Virus record (IMG/VR): IMGVR_UViG_3300030108_006260
Coordinates: 1-64,000 of that record
Direction: 5' to 3' (one strand)
Length of the DNA: 64,000 bases
In this document: positions 46,058 to 53,221 of the stretch, piece by piece
Layout of the letters: every line of letters begins with the position of its first letter
Position numbering within the stretch: the stretch's first letter is position 1
Made by a program: the position numbers and the translations under genes
Notes under the pieces: generated by a model
Databases searched by the model: none
Told to the model about the DNA's origin: nothing
The model's input: only the letters and a program-made list of their open reading frames with translations

Positions 46058-46196
46058 AAGAAACCGAGGTAACAATCTGTGTAACATTTATGTTCATTTT
46101 CAAGATGAATGACTTTACCATTTGTCTACATCAGCTGGTAGCTGAAGACAGGATTCGAACCTGCAATTGCGTGTAAGATTGTTTGTAAGGTTTCTT
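46058..46196 (-). ncRNA. Y-RNA-like RNA with circularly permuted tRNA (T arm, closed acceptor, D arm, TGA anticodon arm)
   Basis: Outer stems AAGAAACC/GGTTTCTT and AACAATCT/AGATTGTT; inside GCAGG-TTCGAAT-CCTGT, CTTCAGC-TACCA-GCTGATG, GAC-AAATGGTAAA-GTC, TTCAT-CTTGAAA-ATGAA. Confidence 0.8.
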
Positions 46197-46198
46197 CT

Positions 46199-46334
46199 TG
46201 GCGGAGTTGACTGGAATCGAACCAGATTTGCTTGTAAGAACTGCGAAGTAGTCACTAGGTGACTGAGTAGAAGTTCTGGGAAAAATATGCTTTCTCTAAA
46301 ATGAAAGTGGGGAACCAATCCCCTGTTCAACTCC
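46199..46334 (-). ncRNA. tRNA-like RNA carrying the conserved module in its variable arm
   Basis: GGAGTTGA/TCAACTCC-G-CCA acceptor; GGGGA/TCCCC D-like stem; AGAACT/AGTTCT + AGTCAC/GTGACT module; CTTACAAGCA; CTGG-TTCGATT-CCAG. Confidence 0.75.
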
Positions 46335-46380
46335 TAATTTTGGAAATTTTTACATCTTATCCATGATGGTAATTAATTGC

Positions 46381-46506
46381 CACTAACTGAGTTATAAATC
46401 TGATTTTGATTTGCAGCGCAGGATTTGAACCTGCTACCTTCTGAGTTTCGGTCAGATGCTCTACCAAATGAGCTAGATGCGTGTAAGATTTATTTGTTAG
46501 TTAGTG
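46381..46506 (-). ncRNA. Y-RNA-like RNA enclosing a degenerate tRNA-Phe-like body (loop CCGAAAC)
   Basis: Outer stems CACTAACT/AGTTAGTG and ATAAATCT/AGATTTAT; CTTACACGCA; D, anticodon and T arms present; weak acceptor and no CCA. Confidence 0.75.
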
Positions 46507-46509
46507 ACT

Positions 46510-46639
46510 CGGCGGGGTGTCCTGGAATCGAACCAGATTGCTTGTAAGGATTTGTGGTTGGCCTCGGATGAGGCGAGGGAAAATCCTGTGAAATATCATT
46601 TCCAAATAATGATCGGAGGGCCACCCTCCTATACACCCC
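46510..46639 (-). ncRNA. tRNA-like RNA carrying the conserved module in its variable arm (sister of 46199-46334)
   Basis: GGGGTGT/ACACCCC-G-CCG; GGAGGG/CCCTCC; AGGATTT/AAATCCT + GCCTC/GAGGC; CTTACAAGCA; identical T arm CTGG-TTCGATT-CCAG. Confidence 0.75.
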
Positions 46640-46681
46640 AGGAAGACCTACAAAGTAGGTCATAAACCTAGTATACGAGAT

Positions 46682-46785
46682 TAAAAGCTGAGTTTTTGAT
46701 GTACAATGTAGGAATCGAACCTACTACATTAAGGTTAATAGCCTTACGCTCTATCCAATGAGCTAATTGTGCGTGTAAGCTTTTA
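46682..46785 (-). ncRNA. Y-RNA-like RNA enclosing a tRNA body with ATT anticodon
   Basis: TAAAAGCT/AGCTTTTA outer stem; CTTACACGCA; GCTC/GAGC D arm; TAAGG-CTATTAA-CCTTA; GTAGG-TTCGATT-CCTAC; no CCA. Confidence 0.75.
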
Positions 46786-46807
46786 TGTTTGTTTACTAGG
46801 TGGAGAG

Positions 46808-46835
46808 AGTTTAACACGCTCTCCGAAGTTGTCAA
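46808..46835 (-). promoter_or_regulatory. sigma70-type promoter driving the RNA array
   Basis: TTGACA, 16-nt spacer, extended -10 TGnTAAACT; T-tract upstream; array begins ~20 nt downstream. Confidence 0.75.
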
Positions 46836-46844
46836 GAAAAAAAG

Positions 46845-46997
46845 TTACTGTCCTTGTCTTTTTGTTCCGCAGTACCTTGACGTATGTGACTCCTCTTTGA
46901 GTCTTGTCCAGGTTGTGTTGCGATCTTTCTTTACAAGAGCAATCGCACTCTCAACTGCATTATGTGTGGATGTTTTATTTTCTTTTTCCGAAGTCAT
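46845..46997 (-). CDS. small basic protein (50 aa)
   Basis: MTSEKENKTSTHNAVESAIALVKK... read by hand; follows the ThiF stop. Confidence 0.45.
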   Translation of the reverse strand: MTSEKENKTSTHNAVESAIALVKKDRNTTWTRLKEESHTSRYCGTKRQGQ

Positions 46998-47002
46998 TTC
47001 TT

Positions 47003-47596
47003 TTAGTGAGACATAGCCCCGGCTGGATGAACAGTGTAACCTACCTTGACCCCGTCGTCAACAAATTTTTGAACAGAACGTGCAAGATAAGAAGAAGTGA
47101 TAGCGATAAAGGGGAGAAACTGCCCATCCTCGCAAGTAGCAGCGCCTTCCTGTGGTTCTGGATCGATAACAAAGTTCTCGCTCCAGACGATACGACCGAA
47201 ACTTCCTGCCCCGTCAAGGGCACCGTGAAGACAAGGAATCTCATCCTCACCTTCCTGGGGTCGACAGAAGTTCTGTACGACACTTCGTCCCTCCAGGTTA
47301 TCCAAGCAGTCTACAACAAGGTCAGCGTCGGACAAAAGCTCATAAACATTTTGGTCTGTCAACTTGTGGGGAACCACAGACAGCTTCGTACCAAAGACAA
47401 AGTTCATTGTCTGCTTTAGTCCCTGTACCTTACCTTTTCGTACGGAACCCTTAGAGTGAAACTGGGAGGCCACGTTCTTGGTCTCTACCTTGTCAAAATC
47501 AATAACGGTAAGATCGATGTCTAGGTTACGAATAAACTGAACAAGGTGAGATCCAAGGGCACCCACACCTACAACTACTACTTTCTTCTGAGACAT
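47003..47596 (-). CDS. E1-like ThiF/MoeB adenylating enzyme
   Basis: VVVVGVGALGS, VIDFDKVETKN, DLVVDCLDN; candidate catalytic Cys in GAATCEDG. Confidence 0.88.
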   Translation of the reverse strand: MSQKKVVVVGVGALGSHLVQFIRNLDIDLTVIDFDKVETKNVASQFHSKGSVRKGKVQGLKQTMNFVFGTKLSVVPHKLTDQNVYELLSDADLVVDCLDNLEGRSVVQNFCRPQEGEDEIPCLHGALDGAGSFGRIVWSENFVIDPEPQEGAATCEDGQFLPFIAITSSYLARSVQKFVDDGVKVGYTVHPAGAMSH

Positions 47597-47605
47597 TGTT
47601 CTCCT

Positions 47606-47845
47606 TTACTTAGACATATATGATAGAGCACGACGAGGAAACCTGTCAAAATAGCTAGACCACAACCAAATAGAAGTGATCATTCCAACCGGAACTCCTG
47701 TGTCAGTGTGAGCCCAGGTGTGACCACCGGAGCATACAGCTTCGTTCTGGGTAGTTCCGGCCGGCGTAATCTCCGTCCACCTCGCAAAGGTGCAGTCACC
47801 CGCATCCATAAAAATGAGGTCGCATCCTTTTGTATCTGTCTCCAT
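47606..47845 (-). CDS. small hypothetical protein
   Basis: ATG 5 nt downstream of a promoter motif. Confidence 0.6.
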   Translation of the reverse strand: METDTKGCDLIFMDAGDCTFARWTEITPAGTTQNEAVCSGGHTWAHTDTGVPVGMITSIWLWSSYFDRFPRRALSYMSK

Positions 47846-47850
47846 GTACC

Positions 47851-47868
47851 CTACTATGAGAAGGGTTA
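47851..47868 (-). promoter_or_regulatory. phage promoter-like motif copy
   Basis: ctactatgagaagggtta. Confidence 0.75.
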
Positions 47869-48633
47869 ACCTTTGGTCGACTCCAGGAGTTCTGTTACCT
47901 TTTCTAAGTCCGTTCCCTTGCGGTTAGCGTCCCCTGTTCCCCAGCATACCCTACATACATCGTAAGTCATGGCAGCACCACCAAGTCCTCCCCGCCATGT
48001 AGAAGTGGACCCATAAAGCATGGTACCCATACCAGCACAAGAAGGACAAGGAGTAACAACACCCCTCCATGCTAAAAACTCTCGAACAGTGAGGGTCTTA
48101 TCAAGTTCTACACTATTCCTTAGTTCCCACGCAGAAGTGAGTGGAACAGTAGGATCCTTCAAATTCGAAGGATAAGGGTCTTCATGGTTCCAACGAACAG
48201 ACTCACGGGTCCCTGTCTCATACCACTCAAAGTGGAGCATATGTGTAGAGTGACCCATAATGTCAGGTCTGGCCTTCTCAGGAGGAAGAACGGGCGATAC
48301 ATTTGCCAAATGCATACCTCTACGGAGGTAGGATCCTACTTCTAGTCCTCGAACCGGCTTGACCTCTCCATAGTTCAGAACACCACTAGCACCTTCAACA
48401 AGTACAGCCTGGGTGTAAAGCCAGTGTTCTTCTCCTGGTCCTCCAGTGAAGTCCTCTATGGCTACAACAATTCCATCCTCTGCTGCAAATACCCTGGACT
48501 TTCCCGTGACATAAATGTCTATTCCTTGATGGTAGTAATACGATCTCTTATGACCAAACACACCATATTCTGATGTAAGTCTTTCCTGATTTGTGAGATC
48601 TTCGGATTTAATGGGGAATGTCCACTGAGGCAT
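47866..48633 (-). CDS. M23-family peptidase with C-terminal CxxCxGxG zinc finger
   Basis: HQGIDI (HxxxD), NYGEV, HMLHFE (HxH); CPSCAGMG / CRVCWGTG. Confidence 0.8.
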   Translation of the reverse strand: MPQWTFPIKSEDLTNQERLTSEYGVFGHKRSYYYHQGIDIYVTGKSRVFAAEDGIVVAIEDFTGGPGEEHWLYTQAVLVEGASGVLNYGEVKPVRGLEVGSYLRRGMHLANVSPVLPPEKARPDIMGHSTHMLHFEWYETGTRESVRWNHEDPYPSNLKDPTVPLTSAWELRNSVELDKTLTVREFLAWRGVVTPCPSCAGMGTMLYGSTSTWRGGLGGAAMTYDVCRVCWGTGDANRKGTDLEKVTELLESTKG

Positions 48634-48639
48634 TAGGTG

Positions 48640-49134
48640 CTACTTGTCCGTTCGTTCGAAGTCAACGAACGAAACATCTGGTGTGTTTGCCTCTTTACGG
48701 GATACTTCTTGGAACTCAGGTGGAAGAGAAGGAAAGAAGGCATCTCCCTCTGCTTCACGGTCCACAGTAGTAAGGAAAACTTTTGTAACAAGGGGCAGTG
48801 CAGCGGAATATACTGTAGTTCCACCTATAATAAACGGCACATTTTCAGAATGCCTTTTAGCAAAAGAAAGCGCATAAGACAAGGTCTTAGCTGGAACACA
48901 CCCAGAGAACTCCCTAGTGCTAGAGAGAACAATGTTTATTCTTCCCGGAAGAGGACGTCCTATCAACTCATGTGTTTTTCTTCCCATGATGACAGGAGAT
49001 CCGGTAGTAAGCGCCTTGAACCTCTTCAGATCCTCAGGAATGTGCCAAGGTAGGCCAAACTTGCCCTGGCTGTTACCTATTACACCGTTACGTCCTACCG
49101 CTACAATTAGGTTTAGAGGCTGTAGCACTATCAA
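48640..49134 (-). CDS. folA: dihydrofolate reductase
   Basis: LIVAV..NGVIG, LPWHIPEDLKRFK, VIMGRKT, RPLPGRINIVLS, IIGG, GDAFFP. Confidence 0.95.
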   Translation of the reverse strand: MIVLQPLNLIVAVGRNGVIGNSQGKFGLPWHIPEDLKRFKALTTGSPVIMGRKTHELIGRPLPGRINIVLSSTREFSGCVPAKTLSYALSFAKRHSENVPFIIGGTTVYSAALPLVTKVFLTTVDREAEGDAFFPSLPPEFQEVSRKEANTPDVSFVDFERTDK

Positions 49135-49970
49135 TCGGACTCCTTGAGGGGTTTACCGTGACTGTCTACCTTTTCTCTCGACAAGTCTGATGACACTCTG
49201 TGCTCAAAAGAAAGGTCCCACTTCCTTCTCCGTTCCTTTTCTTCCCACATATCCGCAAGAAGGCTTTCGTTAGCTAGAAGGGAGTTATAGTAGTCCGCTC
49301 GGATCTGGGGTCCGGTTTCGTCCCACCTAAGAAGCTCAGATTCACGTTCCCAGTAGTCAAAATACCTCCGTTCCATAAAACGAAGTGACTGGGGTGATTC
49401 CTGATCTTCGCGATACTTTTTAATAGCGCAGAAGATACCTCCATGATGGTCCTCGTACTCGTCCCCACTATACCAGCTAGGATTAACACCTTCTAGGTAG
49501 GGTCGCAGCTTCTCTCCGAAGAAGGTGTACTGCCCATTGCGAGAGAACGAGGCGATTGGAGTGGCGTCGTACCCGTTATCTTCCGCACAAAAGCAAGAGA
49601 AAAGAGAGATAGCCTGATCGTTACAGGACCACCCAGCTCTATAATAGGGGCTGTTCCACCCATAAATAGAGTCTACCCTCTTAGTGTGGTCATACCCAAA
49701 GTAAAATCCTTTGATGGTCCTCGTATGACGGGTCCAGTCCGTACTAGGCCAATATCCCTCTTTATCGCATGTGACTGCAAAGAGAACGTTGTGAACAGCA
49801 TCCTCCGCTTCATCATTGTAATACTGGGATACACCAAGTGTAATAGAGTTTACTTCAGGGTACATCTCAAAGAAGTGGGACAAGTACACCTTGAAGGGCC
49901 CAGTAAGATAATCCGTTCGCATACGTGATGCTTCCTCTACGGAATACCTGTGGGTGTTACTATTAGTCAT
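49131..49970 (-). CDS. hypothetical protein, paralog of 4466-5269
   Basis: YLTGPFKVY...VSQYYNDEAEDAVH. Confidence 0.75.
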   Translation of the reverse strand: MTNSNTHRYSVEEASRMRTDYLTGPFKVYLSHFFEMYPEVNSITLGVSQYYNDEAEDAVHNVLFAVTCDKEGYWPSTDWTRHTRTIKGFYFGYDHTKRVDSIYGWNSPYYRAGWSCNDQAISLFSCFCAEDNGYDATPIASFSRNGQYTFFGEKLRPYLEGVNPSWYSGDEYEDHHGGIFCAIKKYREDQESPQSLRFMERRYFDYWERESELLRWDETGPQIRADYYNSLLANESLLADMWEEKERRRKWDLSFEHRVSSDLSREKVDSHGKPLKESD

Positions 49971-50000
49971 ATTAATACTAGTTAGGATTTAAGGGATAAG

Positions 50001-50025
50001 AAAAAAGGCTACCTAAACAGTAGCC
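50001..50025 (-). terminator. intrinsic terminator after the Ubl gene
   Basis: GGCTAC-TGTTTAG-GTAGCC followed by TTTTTT on the minus strand. Confidence 0.7.
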
Positions 50026-50030
50026 AGTTT

Positions 50031-50312
50031 TCAACCGAAAGGGGTCTTTGGACGAATGCTGAAGAGAGCGAAAGGTCGTCCTTCGCTCGGGGCAAAACGG
50101 TCCACAACGAAGTCGCTGAAGTCAGCGTTTTCGTCTGCTGCGATTCCCTGCACACTACCTGCGCTCACGGCTTCCGTTACCCACATGCGAATGTCAGCAT
50201 CCGATGCGTCCACAGAAACAGGCTGTGCCATGTCTCCGTTCTGTCCTGCCCAGGTCACGTTGACCCGTGCTTCATCGCTTAGAACTTCATAATTTGTTGC
50301 CTCTTCAGTCAT
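50031..50312 (-). CDS. putative ubiquitin-like (beta-grasp) protein
   Basis: 93 aa; beta-rich RVNVTW...; ends ...IRPKTPFG with free C-terminal Gly; GGAG SD; co-occurs with E1, JAB and E2-like genes. Confidence 0.65.
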   Translation of the reverse strand: MTEEATNYEVLSDEARVNVTWAGQNGDMAQPVSVDASDADIRMWVTEAVSAGSVQGIAADENADFSDFVVDRFAPSEGRPFALFSIRPKTPFG

Positions 50313-50339
50313 ATTTAACTCCTCTATTTTAAAACCAGA

Positions 50340-50864
50340 CTAGTGGTAAACTTTAGTCTTCTTATCATTGGGGTAAAAAGAATCAAGGTGACCAGAGTCA
50401 GTCCCTTCATTCGGTTCTTGTGGATCGAATGCCATTCGAAGAAGGGCAAACTCTTTCTTGGCTACCTTATAGCTTTCTTCTTTGATACTTCTCATGTAGG
50501 CTACAAGAACATCTCTATGGCGGGGGTAGAGGCAGAGACACCATATCCCACCTATGGCCTTTACAAACTGAGTCCTGCCAGATATTCGTACAGGGAGCTT
50601 TTCTAGGTAGGTAAGTAACTCGTTTGACTCCCTTAGGTTCCAACTGATCACCAGACCGTCTATCTCTACTTCTGTTCTCTTGTTGTTCGATAAAGTTGGT
50701 CCTACGTATCGCTCGAAAAATATAGTTTCGCATGGTTCTGAATGTGTCTCATCTCTATATTCTGGATACCGAGTGTCAAGGTCATCTACTAGGTCATCTT
50801 CCATCTCTTCTGGAGCTACATGGCCCCTCAGCATTGACCCTACTAAAAGTTTCTTCCATCCCAT
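50340..50864 (-). CDS. hypothetical protein
   Basis: ORF; start set at MGWKK. Confidence 0.6.
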   Translation of the reverse strand: MGWKKLLVGSMLRGHVAPEEMEDDLVDDLDTRYPEYRDETHSEPCETIFFERYVGPTLSNNKRTEVEIDGLVISWNLRESNELLTYLEKLPVRISGRTQFVKAIGGIWCLCLYPRHRDVLVAYMRSIKEESYKVAKKEFALLRMAFDPQEPNEGTDSGHLDSFYPNDKKTKVYH

Positions 50865-50938
50865 AACACTACCCCCAGTGTACAAACACTATCATAAAAA
50901 GGGTTCAGAAGCTAGTTAAAGATAGGAAAGAGGTCACA

Positions 50939-51211
50939 CTACTCATTTTCTAAACTTCTTACCGCGTACTCGCAGCGGTTCCACGCCTTATCACCCGTAT
51001 AAAGCGGAGACGTTAGGACAATGGGCGATAGAACACCATCCTGATAAGTCCAAAGAACATCTGTAACAATCACCAACTTATCCTCTAACCACACCTTTTC
51101 ATCTTGACGTGGGATGTCTCCTGAAAAATGTATAGTATTTCCGTTGGGTGTTTTTAGTATGTAAGTCATGCTTTTCCTAAGGAATAGTGGCTGAACAAAC
51201 GAGGGGCCCAT
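50939..51211 (-). CDS. small hypothetical protein
   Basis: ORF on the coding strand. Confidence 0.5.
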   Translation of the reverse strand: MGPSFVQPLFLRKSMTYILKTPNGNTIHFSGDIPRQDEKVWLEDKLVIVTDVLWTYQDGVLSPIVLTSPLYTGDKAWNRCEYAVRSLENE

Positions 51212-52080
51212 TCCTCTAATCTAGGCTCCACACTAGCAAGAAGGCTAATTTGCGTGGACATGTTTGACCCATCAATCTCTTCAGGGTCCATGTTATTGTC
51301 GATATACTTTAGCAGAGTAATACGACGCAAACTAGAGGTGTTACTAATGTATTCTGCTACTTCTGTCTCGGTAGCACACCAAGAATCAGAGTCACGGGAC
51401 TCTCGTAGCCTACGAACTACAGACCTGCAAGCCTGATCAATGAGAAGTGTGTCACTAACTACCCCCAGCTCCAGAATGGACATTCTCACGGAGGCAACAG
51501 AAGGGTACAGGACGTTACCGAAGTAGTCAAGGGCTTCCTTGATCATTTCCTCGTTCGAGGTAGACTCCAGTGAAATATTCGCTATTTTAAACCTCACTCC
51601 GGGAGTTACGGCTCTGTAGAAAGAAGCCTCCTCTTTGTAGCGATGTATGTCTATGGCGTACTTGTCATTATCCAGAATTATCCAATTAGGACTGTATTCT
51701 GTGTGCCACCCCCTAACAGTGTATGATAGAGTCCGCAGCTTATCCAGCCAAGAAAAGTCAGCACTAAAGGGAGTTGATTTCCAGGAGCCTGCGATCTTCC
51801 TGCATACAATGATGTCCGTCTCGGAACAGATCCACCACAACAAGGACCTTCCTAGCGCCTTCTCAATGGAATCAAATGTTTCAATGTCGATCGATGAAGG
51901 TGAGGGTATGCCTGAACCAGGATGACTATGAGCGAAACCAAGAACTTGGTCTCTGTTATCCCATATCTCACTCCACAGGTCTTGAGAATCAGGAAGGTAT
52001 ACGGCAGACCTTCCTTCTGGCAGGTGCCAGTAAATAGGCTTGTTGTCTAGTCCCACAAGGACCCCTGTTTCAATACTCAT
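51166..52080 (-). CDS. JAB/JAMM (MPN+) metalloisopeptidase with C-terminal extension
   Basis: N-terminal IETG (catalytic Glu); FAHSHPGSGIPSPSSID (HxH...SxxD). Confidence 0.85.
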   Translation of the reverse strand: MSIETGVLVGLDNKPIYWHLPEGRSAVYLPDSQDLWSEIWDNRDQVLGFAHSHPGSGIPSPSSIDIETFDSIEKALGRSLLWWICSETDIIVCRKIAGSWKSTPFSADFSWLDKLRTLSYTVRGWHTEYSPNWIILDNDKYAIDIHRYKEEASFYRAVTPGVRFKIANISLESTSNEEMIKEALDYFGNVLYPSVASVRMSILELGVVSDTLLIDQACRSVVRRLRESRDSDSWCATETEVAEYISNTSSLRRITLLKYIDNNMDPEEIDGSNMSTQISLLASVEPRLEEWAPRLFSHYSLGKA

Positions 52081-52384
52081 CTCCGCGCCGACTTTCTTCG
52101 TAAAATTTGTTATTCCTAACAAGTAACAAACGGTCTGCCTCCAGTTCGGCAACAACACCCCACCACCCAATAGACTGAGATCCACTGAGCCCTTTGAGGT
52201 AGTGGACACATCCATAACGGCCATAAGAATGGGTCGATAATGTCCTAATAACTGATAGTATTAGACCGGGGGTAGCTCCCGCCATCTTAAGAGCAGTCGT
52301 TACTGATATGCGCCATGTGTCTCTCTTGGACCCATAAAATATTTCAGATACCCATTCTGCTTGCTTGTCGGACAGACTATTCAT
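52070..52384 (-). CDS. hypothetical protein
   Basis: ORF; start set at MNSLSDKQ. Confidence 0.55.
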   Translation of the reverse strand: MNSLSDKQAEWVSEIFYGSKRDTWRISVTTALKMAGATPGLILSVIRTLSTHSYGRYGCVHYLKGLSGSQSIGWWGVVAELEADRLLLVRNNKFYEESRRGDEY

Positions 52385-52592
52385 CCGAGTACCACTTGAA
52401 GGGAATATCATCCGTAACATTAAGCACATAGTGCTCTAGAGAGGAATAGTCCGCAGTTTTTAATGGAGTACCTCTCGACGTGTCTGACATAAGATCTCTA
52501 ACACGCTTACCAAGAGAAGTACGTATAGGAATGTTATGAAGAGGAATCTTGGAAAAGGAAATACGCCCTGTTATAGTTCTAGACTTTTTCAT
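52377..52592 (-). CDS. miniature protein resembling a family-A DNA polymerase fragment
   Basis: TITGRISFSKIPLHNIPIRTSLGKRVR and KTADYSSLEH parallel PolA TxTGRLSS..PNLQNIPIR and motif A ADYSQIELR. Confidence 0.65.
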   Translation of the reverse strand: MKKSRTITGRISFSKIPLHNIPIRTSLGKRVRDLMSDTSRGTPLKTADYSSLEHYVLNVTDDIPFKWYSDE

Positions 52593-52806
52593 CTATGATT
52601 TCCTGTAGAGACTCATCAGACAGAACCACTGTCAGATTAAAGTAACTCAAAGGGCACTCCCTGATGTCTTCTAGGAGGATCTCCTGTATCATGCTCATGA
52701 CTTCAGCCTTTCCTCCCTCCCTGTAAGCCTCACGAATGTCGTCACTGCTGACATTGATAAGGTCTTCGGTCTGCTTTATCTTAAAATCGATTATTACGTC
52801 ACTCAT
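52579..52806 (-). CDS. small acidic protein
   Basis: ORF on the coding strand. Confidence 0.6.
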   Translation of the reverse strand: MSDVIIDFKIKQTEDLINVSSDDIREAYREGGKAEVMSMIQEILLEDIRECPLSYFNLTVVLSDESLQEIIDEKV

Positions 52807-53221
52807 TTCTTAGTCTACCCCTTGGGAATCCAGTCATTTTCTCTACAACTCCAGTGTAATGTGCACCATAGCTTATTTTGAGGATGGAGCCGTCACAGAA
52901 GCAAATAGAAATGTTACGATTGTTCTCTACTATGGTGTCAACTGCGGATAAGTTGATACAGACTCTCTTTCCTGACTCATGTAGATAAACACTGTGGAAT
53001 CCCGGAAGGGTCTTGAGAAGTAGCACCCCGTTTTTTGAAAGACGAACGCTTCCCTTCTTATGACGTAGCATATAGAATAAAGAATCCTTTAGTGGTTCTG
53101 GTTCCTCCGCATAAAGGATAGAGTCTGTTCGCAGGGCCATCCTGGAAACGTTGCCCCCATTTGAATAGGTCTCCACATATACAAAAGAATTTTTATTCAT
53201 AAGTCCTACCAGTGGCGCCAA
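52799..53221 (-). CDS. hypothetical protein
   Basis: ORF on the coding strand. Confidence 0.55.
   Translation of the reverse strand: MAPLVGLMNKNSFVYVETYSNGGNVSRMALRTDSILYAEEPEPLKDSLFYMLRHKKGSVRLSKNGVLLLKTLPGFHSVYLHESGKRVCINLSAVDTIVENNRNISICFCDGSILKISYGAHYTGVVEKMTGFPRGRLRNE

Noticed and set aside
46199-46639. tRNA-Sec or suppressor call for the two variable-arm RNAs
   Set aside because: The long D stem, G73 and 8-bp acceptor option resemble tRNA-Sec, but the loops (ATTTTAGA, ATTTGGA) have no UCA anticodon and the T stem is only 4 bp.
46058-46785. CRISPR array interpretation of the repeated TGC(G/T)TGTAAG
   Set aside because: The repeat is only 10 nt, spacing is irregular, the intervening sequences fold as tRNA arms, and no cas genes are seen.
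46682-46785. Functional tRNA-Asn(ATT) and tRNA-Phe(GAA) (the latter at 46381-46506)
   Set aside because: No CCA, mismatched acceptors, C33 in the Phe-like loop, and both are enclosed in outer stems; treated as tRNA-mimic RNAs.
46904-47419. 171-aa plus-strand ORF, and similar antisense ORFs such as 53212-53664, 11586-12083 and 33401-33841
   Set aside because: They lie opposite clearly recognisable genes (ThiF, E2-like, rIIA, thyA).
47003-47596. ThiF/MoeB in thiamine or molybdopterin biosynthesis
   Set aside because: No thiG/thiS/moaE-type pathway genes are nearby; the JAB, E2-like and Ubl context favours protein conjugation.
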